This document shows positions 29,109 through 37,336 of a stretch of DNA of 64,000 nt, one piece after another. Made by a program: the position numbers and the translations under genes. How positions within the stretch are numbered: the stretch's first letter is position 1; the number at the start of each line of letters is the position of its first letter. Origin of the DNA: an uncultured virus (IMG/VR IMGVR_UViG_3300027782_000041). Lineage: Duplodnaviria; Heunggongvirae; Uroviricota; Caudoviricetes. The notes under the pieces are model-generated. The model was not told the origin of the DNA, did not search any database, and saw only the letters and a list, made by a program, of their open reading frames with translations. The stretch lies in the IMG/VR virus record IMGVR_UViG_3300027782_000041. One strand, 5' to 3'.

Positions 29109-29954
29109 ATGTCCCAAACTACGAACCCACTAAAACAATTTTTTAGACAACCAGCAATTTATTTGCGTTTGCCAATGAATGGCAAATACTGGCCCGATCG
29201 GTCAATTGATCTGCCAGAAAATCAAGAGCTACCAATTTACCCCATGACTGCCATAGACGAAATTACATACCGCACCCCAGATGCGTTGTTTAACGGACAA
29301 GCTGTGGTCAACGTCATACAAAGCTGTGTTCCGGCTGTGAAAAACGCCTGGTCCATCCCAGGTGTAGATTTAAATGCAATCTTGGTTGGCATAAGAATTG
29401 CCAGCTACGGACATGATATGGAAATCAATTCCAAATGCCCGGGCTGCCAAGCAGAATCAGAGTTCAACGTAGACCTGCGCATGATCCTGGATCAAATAAA
29501 ACAGCCCGATTATGATACCCCAATCAAGCAAGGCGATCTAGAAATTACCATTTGCCCCATCACCTACAAACACCAAAATGATATCAATCTACGACAATAT
29601 GATCAACAGCGTATGATTCAGCAAATACAGATAGACGAATCTCTAAATGATGAGCAAAAAGTTGAAGCCCTGAACAAGGCATTGCATCAAATTACTGAGC
29701 TCACAATCGAAACATTAAAATACAGCATCAGCAGTATTCGTGCTCGAGGCACGTTGGTCACTGAATCAGAATTCATTGCTGAGTTTTTGACCAACTGCGA
29801 TCGTAAGATTTATCAAGAAATTCGAGAGCGTGTGATCAACCTACGTGCCGAAACTGATCTCAAACCGTTTGATATTACTTGTCCAGAATGTGCGCACAAG
29901 CATCAACAAACTCTTACCCTGGATCAAGCAGCTTTTTTCGGGGTCGCCTCCTGA
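29109..29954 (+). CDS. gp26: Baseplate hub assembly protein (T4 gp26-like)
   Basis: IYLRLP, ELPIYPMTAIDEI, DLNAILVGIRIASYG and two CPxC motifs. Ends ...AAFFGVAS. Confidence 0.8.
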   Translation: MSQTTNPLKQFFRQPAIYLRLPMNGKYWPDRSIDLPENQELPIYPMTAIDEITYRTPDALFNGQAVVNVIQSCVPAVKNAWSIPGVDLNAILVGIRIASYGHDMEINSKCPGCQAESEFNVDLRMILDQIKQPDYDTPIKQGDLEITICPITYKHQNDINLRQYDQQRMIQQIQIDESLNDEQKVEALNKALHQITELTIETLKYSISSIRARGTLVTESEFIAEFLTNCDRKIYQEIRERVINLRAETDLKPFDITCPECAHKHQQTLTLDQAAFFGVAS

Positions 29955-29980
29955 CATTGACTCCTGAAGACATATCTACC

Positions 29981-30169
29981 ATGGTAGATAACATGGACAA
30001 GGAGGCACAAAGTATTCGTCGTCAAAGTTTAAAAATGTCGTGGTACATGCGCGGAGGCGCCACATACGAAGATGTTCTACAAATGAGTACACCTGAGCGT
30101 AAAATGCTAAGTGAACTGATCAAAGAAAATCTTGACACAACCAAATCGAGCAAATTGCCTTTCTTCTAA
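29981..30169 (+). CDS. gp51-like hub assembly protein, possibly translated as a -1 frameshift extension of gp26
   Basis: WYMRGGATYEDVLQMSTPER motif and position right after gp26. The frame is open upstream through the slippery site at 29933. No clear SD before ATG 29981. Confidence 0.65.
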   Translation: MVDNMDKEAQSIRRQSLKMSWYMRGGATYEDVLQMSTPERKMLSELIKENLDTTKSSKLPFF

Positions 30170-30669
30170 TGGAACTAGAACAAGTCAAACAAGATATAGA
30201 ATCCTGGATTGAGAACTTTGTAGAAGTTCCACATCCAGCCTTGGGCGGATTTCCGCCATGTCCGTTTGCACGTCAGGCCAGAATGAAACGCACGTTTGAA
30301 GTATACCTAGGAAGCGATCCTTATTATGATCTCAAAAATCGATCACGGTGGGGCATGGGAGACCGGGAAGTTATTATCTATGCTTATGATCCTGCAGAAT
30401 GGCCTTACAAACTGTTCTCTACCAGCATTGAATCTGCCAACACCGAACACCTACTAAGAGTTGACATGTTAGCTCTGGAAGATCATCCTGCAGATGTTGA
30501 AAATGTCAACGGTGTCATAATGAATCAAGGCAAGTATGCACTAGCACTTGTGCAGTGTTTGAGTGATTTAAATACCAAGGCCCAACAAATGGCCTCCAAA
30601 GGATTTTATCATGACTGGCCAGAAGAATACTTGCAAGGTCTGTTCCATCACAGACAGGACCCCAGATGA
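30169..30669 (+). CDS. CPF-motif protein (DUF1415/DUF6875/YqcI-YcgG-like)
   Basis: WIENFVEVPHPALGGFPPCPFARQA N-terminal motif and LEDHP motif. Coupled to the upstream stop (TAATG). Confidence 0.5.
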   Translation: MELEQVKQDIESWIENFVEVPHPALGGFPPCPFARQARMKRTFEVYLGSDPYYDLKNRSRWGMGDREVIIYAYDPAEWPYKLFSTSIESANTEHLLRVDMLALEDHPADVENVNGVIMNQGKYALALVQCLSDLNTKAQQMASKGFYHDWPEEYLQGLFHHRQDPR

Positions 30670-31100
30670 CTTATCAGTTTGCTAGAATTGATCTGAGCCA
30701 AACTGACTACAAGGAATCAGTCAAGTGGGAATACTTGCGTGAGCCAGACGTTGCCAAGCTGAATACTATCTATAGAGACTACTGCAAATACAAACACTTT
30801 GCCAGTGTCATGCCCATCTTTGATAGTCGTTATACTGATCCAATGACTGATGTAATTGGTTACTATGATCAAGACAAACTGGTTGCGTTCAGTTTAATTC
30901 GACGCTACGATGACAAGAATGCTCTGTGCGATCAATTTGCATGGAACTACAACAACCCCCGATTAAGATTGGGAATAGAAACAATGAAAACAGAGTGTGC
31001 TATCTACCGAGCTCGCGGTTTTAAGTACCTGTACCTTGAGCAAGCACACCTGTACAAATCCGAAATACAAGGATTTGAAATACTAGGACCACTGGAGTAA
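30666..31100 (+). CDS. Aminoacyl-tRNA-protein transferase C-terminal (ATE/Bpt-like GNAT) domain protein
   Basis: YYDQDKLVAFS...PRLRLGIETMKTE...GFKYLYL...YK mirrors the ATE_C pattern (kLvAv...P...sLG...E....G..ylYLG...YK). Confidence 0.6.
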   Translation: MTYQFARIDLSQTDYKESVKWEYLREPDVAKLNTIYRDYCKYKHFASVMPIFDSRYTDPMTDVIGYYDQDKLVAFSLIRRYDDKNALCDQFAWNYNNPRLRLGIETMKTECAIYRARGFKYLYLEQAHLYKSEIQGFEILGPLE

Positions 31101-31102
31101 CT

Positions 31103-31438
31103 ATGGATTTATACACAATTTGGGCAGACAAAGAAGGCGACATATCAGACCTCGACTGGGTCAACGGAATGAAAAGTTTCTTTGATCATTTGATCGACGA
31201 AGGCAAGATGGAGAGCTACAGAATCACTAGATGCAAGATGGGATTCCGTTCAATTGCTGACATGCCAGAGTGGATGATCATCATGGAGTTCACGGGTATG
31301 GCTCAAATGGATAGTGCTTTCAAACGGGTAGCACCACTTGAAGGTGAACTTGAAGTCAAACACAAAAGTTTCAATCAATTTGTCTCAGGCAACATACAAC
31401 ATGCCTTGTTTAGAGATTGGCCAGATACTAATCTATGA
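31103..31438 (+). CDS. DUF6614-like protein (probable dimeric alpha+beta barrel)
   Basis: MDLYTIW...HL..EG....YRITRCKMGF...AQMDSAF...H...ALFRDWPD pattern. GGAG SD. Confidence 0.55.
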   Translation: MDLYTIWADKEGDISDLDWVNGMKSFFDHLIDEGKMESYRITRCKMGFRSIADMPEWMIIMEFTGMAQMDSAFKRVAPLEGELEVKHKSFNQFVSGNIQHALFRDWPDTNL

Positions 31439-31859
31439 CATTCAAGACTTACTACGTAAGTCTGTTGTTTTCGCTATCGCTCAACAACTGATTGTTTCTC
31501 TAACTACTTGTTTTAAGTATCATCTAGATTAATTGGTCATAATTCACCGTATGCACGGTGAATATGAAAGAGCATCATCTGAGTAGCACAGTCATCTAAT
31601 AGTAATGAGATTGTAGTTTCCTACGCGGAGGCGGTTGACCGGTACCCCCTACTCAAGCTTCACATATCAACGGAACCCTAGTAACCCGATATTAGATCCA
31701 AGTTCTACGAGCATGGGGTGTATCTTCTTCACAGAGCCCAAACCATTTGTTGCCTTAAGTTAGCAATTGCCTTTGACGCCCAAGTCTAGACCGGGTATTT
31801 CACCGTTCCTCAATGGGGGTGAGCCAATACACTCACCACGTTGTCGTAATCGCTGCCTG
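31439..31859 (-). ncRNA. Candidate large structured non-coding RNA
   Basis: The only long intergenic gap in the window (421 nt). Densely packed hairpins, a GAAA tetraloop, long-range helices and possible pseudoknots. G-U pairs favour the minus strand. Confidence 0.6.
31445..31471 (+). terminator. Hairpin plus U-rich tract ending the plus-strand gp26 to DUF6614-like unit
   Basis: AGACTTAC-TAC-GTAAGTCT followed by GTTGTTTT, 6 nt after the stop at 31438. Confidence 0.5.
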
Positions 31860-32288
31860 TTAAATTTTGTTTATAATGTGTGAGCCATGCACCCTAACTT
31901 GGATGTGGCCGTTGTAATAATCTCGTGATTCCAATACTCGTCGGGCAAATTGTTCTCTTGCTTCGACATAACTACATTCAGATTTTGATCCGCAGTAGTA
32001 AAGTATTTCTCTGGTGAAGTTTTCGGTGCCTAGTTTGATTACGTCTGCGGTTAATTCTGGGCTTGACCCGTAGTACTCTCTCCAATCACTGTCGATCTTG
32101 GAGCGTATCTTCTTCCGCTTCTTTGTGCCGTTTTTTTGTTTTACAGTCTTGTATGTTGTTTTTGCGAATTTTGCTAATTTTTTGCCTATGTACTTGCGTC
32201 CAGTGAGATTACATGTGATCAAGTAAACAAATCCCACACACTCTTCGGGCAACGTCTCAATTGGGGTATCTTGATATAGCCATGTCAT
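31860..32288 (-). CDS. GIY-YIG endonuclease-family protein (stand-alone catalytic domain)
   Basis: GFVYLIT...GRKYIGKK, YYGSS, NFTREIL, conserved E and YYN, with a Lys/Arg-rich insert. No C-terminal DNA-binding repeats. Confidence 0.85.
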   Translation of the reverse strand: MTWLYQDTPIETLPEECVGFVYLITCNLTGRKYIGKKLAKFAKTTYKTVKQKNGTKKRKKIRSKIDSDWREYYGSSPELTADVIKLGTENFTREILYYCGSKSECSYVEAREQFARRVLESRDYYNGHIQVRVHGSHIINKI

Positions 32289-32328
32289 GTGTTGTATGCG
32301 ATTTATCCTTGCTGTATAGTTATCTCCA

Positions 32329-33339
32329 TTACCACGAAGTTGCGTAATTTTTGTCTACAAGCGAACTCGAGCATTTAGACTGGCATTCCTGCCATTTAAA
32401 CGTTTGAAACTCGTTGTTCCAAAAAGGATCTGTTAGTACGTCTGTTAAAGTTTTTTTGTGTAAATTAAAATCTTCTGCCAGTTGTTGCCATTGTGAGTTG
32501 TGATTGTAACGATTTGCAACCCAACAGCAAGGGAACAATCTGCCCCTAGCGTCAATGTACAAACCTTTGTTGCCTATTTCGCATAACGGAGTTACCCCGT
32601 TACGACTTCGAGTTTGATCGTATAATTCGATATTTTTTCTATGTACAGGAGTCCATGATCCGCGATAAGTTAATTCTGAAATTTCTCTTTCAAATCTATG
32701 ACTACCGCTGACAAATTTTACACTGGGTTGCAAAGGATCGTCTATGCCGTAACTAGGATAGATACTGCCAAATTTAGTGCTTTTGGTCAACTGAAAAACA
32801 TCAATGTCCAGTTGCTTTGCCAAGTCCCGCATGTGATCTAAACGATTTTCATTGAATCGAAAAGCAATAGCGGCCCAAACAATTTGACAATCACTTGCAC
32901 CACGCAAGGCAGAGATGCCATTGACAATACTTGCAAAGTCACTGTTCACACGATACAGATTGTTGCTGGCGTTGTCCCAACCATCTATGCTGAAATGCAC
33001 AGTATCACTGCTGTCCAAAACAGATCCCAATTGTGTCCACCACTCAGATTTTTTATGTGACCCGTTTGTGATAATGACAATCTCAATAGATTTTATACTT
33101 TTAAGATAGTTAATTATTGGAATCAAATCGTGTGCATAGATAGGATCACCGTCGTCACCACAGAATGTGATCTTCTCAACATTGTTTAACACAAACTCGG
33201 GAGTGAAATTACGTTGGAAGAATTCTAAGTCTAGTTCTGTGTTCACAAGACCGTCAGGAACTTCTTGACGGGCACAACGAGGACATCGTAAGGTACACTT
33301 GCTGGATATTTCAATATGGAAATGCCAAGTGGCTAGCAT
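32329..33339 (-). CDS. Radical SAM protein with C-terminal SPASM/twitch domain
   Basis: CTLRCPRC, TNG and FSIDG motifs. C-terminal CEIG...FPCC...CQSKC. Confidence 0.9.
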   Translation of the reverse strand: MLATWHFHIEISSKCTLRCPRCARQEVPDGLVNTELDLEFFQRNFTPEFVLNNVEKITFCGDDGDPIYAHDLIPIINYLKSIKSIEIVIITNGSHKKSEWWTQLGSVLDSSDTVHFSIDGWDNASNNLYRVNSDFASIVNGISALRGASDCQIVWAAIAFRFNENRLDHMRDLAKQLDIDVFQLTKSTKFGSIYPSYGIDDPLQPSVKFVSGSHRFEREISELTYRGSWTPVHRKNIELYDQTRSRNGVTPLCEIGNKGLYIDARGRLFPCCWVANRYNHNSQWQQLAEDFNLHKKTLTDVLTDPFWNNEFQTFKWQECQSKCSSSLVDKNYATSW

Positions 33340-35102
33340 TATGCCATCTCAACGTCAGTATTGTAACTGGTAAAACCATTCTCTTTTATCACTTTAAGAA
33401 TGTTCTCCACACGCCCGGCCAGTTCATCTCTGTGTGAAACAAGCCAGATTGACTTGTGGCGTTCTCTACTCATCTTTTTCAGCAAGGCCAGTGCGTTCTC
33501 CACACCCTGTGTGTCCAAGCCGTTGTCAATCAGCTCATCAATGAACAACAAGTTGATTGGTGAATATAAACTTTCCCATACATCACGGAATGCCCATGAC
33601 ATTGACAAGATCAATCTGTTACGCTCGCCTCGACTCAAGTTATCAAAGTCTAGTTCACGTCCTAGTTCTTCAATGCTCACAGTCAGATCGTTTTGAAACT
33701 TCACAGTATGCGGCAGGCCAATGCGATCTAGATAGTGTGTGAGCCGTGAGTTTAGATAACTTAAATTCTGATCAATAATTTTCTTGCGTACAAAACTGTC
33801 TTTGCTTGTCAACAGTTTGAGCAAGAAGTCTTGATGATCTTGCAAACGAGTAAGTTCGTTCAGTGTGTCATATGACACAACTTGTAAGGCTTGGCCTTGC
33901 ATGTCTGAGATTTGTTCTTCGTAAGTATCTATGTCCGCAGAGCGTGAGGTTAGATCTTTGCGTAGTGTTTCCACGGTATTGCGATGATTCAGTGCTTGTT
34001 CTAACGAATCATAAAACACAGTGGGTGCAGTTCCCAACGCACCAACCTGAGTGATAGTATCTTCATGCCCTTGACGTTGTGTGTCGTTGGCTAAAAGTTG
34101 TAGTGCTGTTTCTTGTATCGAAGCTTGTTTGGCCTGTTTCAATTCATCCTGTTTGTCATCGTGCAAGTCTTGACCACATGAGTGACACTTATGAGCATCC
34201 AATGCTTCAATTTCTGTTTTGAGTTTATCTAACAGTCGATTTAGTTTAGCATCGTCTGCGTCAATTTGACGAATGTACCGCGTGGCATCATCGAGAGATT
34301 TTTTCTTCACATGAAATGCTTCTAGATCTCTATGTGCTTGTACTTCGGCATCAATATCAATATGTTCAAGATCCGCAATGGCCTGTTGTAGTTTGCCTAC
34401 ATCCTCGTCACGCTTGGCTGTCCACAGACGTTGACGTTTGCGCAGACTTTCAATCTGTTCTTCAATACGTTTGTTGGCTTCTTGCACAGCACGTATGCGG
34501 AACTCTTCTGCTTGAATAGCATCTTTGGTCTGCCGGTTGAGTTCTTTGATTGCATCAGCACGTTCACTCAGCAAGGTAATACCCAACAACTGCTCAATAA
34601 TAGTTCTTTGGTCATTAGCCTTCAAACTTAGGAACGGTTCTGTATAAGTGTTCAATGCCAGCACATGTCGGAACATGTCATGGCTCATGTTCATTACACG
34701 CTCGATGGCATCTTGTGTTTCCCTTGAATCGCCTTGTGCCTCGTCTTCGGCAGCCTTGTGTTCGTTGTTGACGTAGAAACGCAACACATTGGGCTTGCGC
34801 CCGCGCTCAATTCTGTATTCTTGTCCGTTGACATTAAAATCTAAACTGACCAACATGTTCTTGCCGTTGGTCTTGTTTACTAGATTGTCCTTGCGGATGT
34901 TTGATAATGCTTGCCCATACAGGGCATAACTCAAGGCATTGATGATTGTGGTCTTGCCGGTGCCGTTGCGTGAGCCATCACCGCCAAGGTCCAAGTTTTC
35001 ACCTAATACCAAGGTCAAGTCATTACGGTCAAAGTCAATGCCCTGTGTGGCCGCACCCACACTCATGAAGTTTTTAACAGTTAAATTTTTAATTTGAATC
35101 AA
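33339..35102 (-). CDS. gp46: Recombination endonuclease ATPase subunit (T4 gp46 / SbcC / Rad50-like)
   Basis: Walker A NGTGKTT, CHSC zinc hook, LSRGE signature, Walker B LLFIDE and VSH. TTG start with GGAG SD. Confidence 0.95.
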   Translation of the reverse strand: MIQIKNLTVKNFMSVGAATQGIDFDRNDLTLVLGENLDLGGDGSRNGTGKTTIINALSYALYGQALSNIRKDNLVNKTNGKNMLVSLDFNVNGQEYRIERGRKPNVLRFYVNNEHKAAEDEAQGDSRETQDAIERVMNMSHDMFRHVLALNTYTEPFLSLKANDQRTIIEQLLGITLLSERADAIKELNRQTKDAIQAEEFRIRAVQEANKRIEEQIESLRKRQRLWTAKRDEDVGKLQQAIADLEHIDIDAEVQAHRDLEAFHVKKKSLDDATRYIRQIDADDAKLNRLLDKLKTEIEALDAHKCHSCGQDLHDDKQDELKQAKQASIQETALQLLANDTQRQGHEDTITQVGALGTAPTVFYDSLEQALNHRNTVETLRKDLTSRSADIDTYEEQISDMQGQALQVVSYDTLNELTRLQDHQDFLLKLLTSKDSFVRKKIIDQNLSYLNSRLTHYLDRIGLPHTVKFQNDLTVSIEELGRELDFDNLSRGERNRLILSMSWAFRDVWESLYSPINLLFIDELIDNGLDTQGVENALALLKKMSRERHKSIWLVSHRDELAGRVENILKVIKENGFTSYNTDVEMA

Positions 35103-35126
35103 GCACTAACTCCGTGTTTATCTAAC

Positions 35127-35155
35127 ATTATAATAATATCTTTGGTATTTGTAAA
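35127..35155 (-). promoter_or_regulatory. Sigma70-type promoter for gp46
   Basis: Minus strand (G)TTTACA-N17-TATAAT. Resembles the T4 early-promoter -35 GTTTAC. Confidence 0.7.
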
Positions 35156-35171
35156 CCATTCTGAATAGTCG

Positions 35172-36311
35172 TTATGTTTCTAATTCTAAACATTGTACCA
35201 ATTCCGGGAATGTTTTCCTTACATCTAAATCGCGTCGCTGATCCAACGGTGCAAGAAAATCTAACAACATTTTTTTATTAACTGTTGCATTTCTAGTATT
35301 CAAACTACCTAATAAATTTTTAATAACCGGATGATCAATGTGCTGGATCTGTTTGCTAATCCAAGACTTTACCTGCTCATCAAAATTAAATATGTTCAAC
35401 ATCGCAGGATATTCTAACATGTTCATAAACAAATTTAAATCACGCCGCTGACAATACTCTACAATTTCATGGATGTATCCAATTGATAACACGCTGATAG
35501 TAGATATAACAGTTAACTCTAACTTGGGTACAGTTTTCTGTAAATTTTTGTAGTAGCTAATAGTCGAATCAACTGTATTCCATTTACCCGGAAATCGCAG
35601 ATATTCAAACCTATCGCCTATGCCATCAACACTGACGTTTATTTCGATAGCCTTAAATGACGACCAAAACTCTAACTGTTCGGTTGGCAATCGTGTACCG
35701 TTGGTGTTGTATTTGATTCTGATGCGTCCAGCGTACTTGTTATCGACCAACCATTTTAGCAAATTGGCTTGAGTATCAATATGCATCATAAACGGCTCGC
35801 CACCTATGAATTCTATACTACCAATAGTGTTGGCATTTTTTTTTAAATGTTCCCAAACATCGTGATCGTCGGGAATTATTGATGTTGACGTTTTAGTGGC
35901 TATGTTAAATTTTTTATTTTCACTAAGCCAGCCGGTACTTAAAGAATCATTGCAACTGGTACATCGTAAATTGCAATGGTTTCCTAATCTGAGATAGTAC
36001 TCAACAAATTTACCGTGTGGAACATCAAGATCTTTGTTCAGTAGTTGAAAAATTTTGCCGTATGTTTGGTTATCCCGTTGTCTCTTACTAATATGCCCAA
36101 CTTGTTCTTGTTTCCAACACACAGTACATTCTGAAATTTGTTCACCTGCTAACAGGCGTTTTTTGATAGATGAAAGTTCTGGACTGCTGATGTAATCATC
36201 AACTGCTTTATATTTTAACGTATTGCCAAACAAGCAACATGGATTAAATCCTTCTGTAATTTTGGTATGCAGAGATACCCATGGATTGACACAGAATGTT
36301 TTTGGATTCAT
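35172..36311 (-). CDS. Radical SAM protein with N-terminal twitch/SPASM-like Cys cluster
   Basis: CVNPW...PCC...CTVC, then CNLRCTSC, GGEP, YNTNGT and SVDG. Visibly AT-richer than its neighbours. Confidence 0.9.
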   Translation of the reverse strand: MNPKTFCVNPWVSLHTKITEGFNPCCLFGNTLKYKAVDDYISSPELSSIKKRLLAGEQISECTVCWKQEQVGHISKRQRDNQTYGKIFQLLNKDLDVPHGKFVEYYLRLGNHCNLRCTSCNDSLSTGWLSENKKFNIATKTSTSIIPDDHDVWEHLKKNANTIGSIEFIGGEPFMMHIDTQANLLKWLVDNKYAGRIRIKYNTNGTRLPTEQLEFWSSFKAIEINVSVDGIGDRFEYLRFPGKWNTVDSTISYYKNLQKTVPKLELTVISTISVLSIGYIHEIVEYCQRRDLNLFMNMLEYPAMLNIFNFDEQVKSWISKQIQHIDHPVIKNLLGSLNTRNATVNKKMLLDFLAPLDQRRDLDVRKTFPELVQCLELET

Positions 36312-37324
36312 AGAGTTTGATAAATCTTTAACAGTAATTTGTTATCGTAAAACTCAGACTCAATGTTGGTAAGCTGATCAGTAACAATCTGATCCACAGA
36401 TTCAAATTTAATTTCACCGGGTGCCATGTCTGTGTCTACTGAACTGTTTTTGTTTGGAATCAAAGCCATTTCTCTTAGGCCATACTCCTTGATATAAGTT
36501 TCCTTGATGAAGTTGGCTTCTTCGTATGAAATTTCAATGTCCAACTGCACCCGAACATGCATGTCTTTTGCAAGTAAAGCAGGTGCGTTGTCAATTATAC
36601 TGGCCAGGCCCAGCACACGATATCTTGGTTGATCTGGCCAAGCATGATATTCTGGCTCTTTGCCCCACTCTAGTATCATCATGCCACGTTCGTCGTCTCC
36701 GGCGTCAGCATAGTTGTGCGGAAAGCAATTGCCAATGTAGGTAATGTTCTTTTTGGTTTGACGTTTGTGAAAGTGTCCGGTAAACACATGCTCAAAGTTT
36801 GTGAAGTCTTCTCTACGCACTTCACCGTGATCCGGCATCTCTACCATGGCATTCATTAAATACCCGGGCAGTTCAAAGTGCCCAAACATGTACTTGCCTT
36901 TTAGTTTGGGTATGCGTTTGTGGTCATCGGCTACAAGCCAAGGAGCAATGACAACATCACCACTGCTAAACCAATCGTTACATATCTGTACGCGGGGGAG
37001 ATGCTTTGCCCATTCCACACTTTGTATGTCGCGCTTATCTCGATAATACAAATCATGATTACCAGGAATGAAATACACGCTTTCAAAATTATCATTCATG
37101 TGCTCCAGTGCCCTGAGGCTGTAGTTTAGGGTAACAATGTTTAGGCTGGCACGGTTGTTGTGCCAGTCACCAAGAAACATGCAGGTTTCGCAACCTTCGG
37201 CCTTTGCTTTGGCAGTTGCCCACTTTACAAAATTCAAGCAGTCCTCATTGTGTTGAGTGCTGTTTGATTTGAGTCCAAAGTGAATGTCTGTGAAGATCGC
37301 GGCTTTACGAAATAGATTTGTCAT
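36308..37324 (-). CDS. gp47: Recombination endonuclease nuclease subunit (T4 gp47 / SbcD / Mre11-like)
   Basis: Metallophosphoesterase motifs DIH, LGD, GNHD, GH and GHFH. Confidence 0.95.
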   Translation of the reverse strand: MTNLFRKAAIFTDIHFGLKSNSTQHNEDCLNFVKWATAKAKAEGCETCMFLGDWHNNRASLNIVTLNYSLRALEHMNDNFESVYFIPGNHDLYYRDKRDIQSVEWAKHLPRVQICNDWFSSGDVVIAPWLVADDHKRIPKLKGKYMFGHFELPGYLMNAMVEMPDHGEVRREDFTNFEHVFTGHFHKRQTKKNITYIGNCFPHNYADAGDDERGMMILEWGKEPEYHAWPDQPRYRVLGLASIIDNAPALLAKDMHVRVQLDIEISYEEANFIKETYIKEYGLREMALIPNKNSSVDTDMAPGEIKFESVDQIVTDQLTNIESEFYDNKLLLKIYQTL

Positions 37325-37336
37325 CCTACTAGTATA

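Noticed and set aside
29879..29932. ORF-track start of the gp51-like ORF at 29879
   Set aside because: It is a TTG deep inside gp26 with no SD. Better explained by frameshift entry at 29933 or a later ATG.
31439..31859. tRNA, tmRNA, RNase P or retron identity for the structured region
   Set aside because: No TTCGA T-loop with acceptor stem. GAGGAA is not followed by the RNase P AGUCC. No reverse transcriptase in the window. An Rfam search is still needed.
31439..32288. Group I intron with a GIY-YIG homing endonuclease
   Set aside because: No interrupted host gene: the upstream radical SAM gene ends normally and the downstream gene is on the opposite strand. No recognisable P7 (R/S) core sequences.
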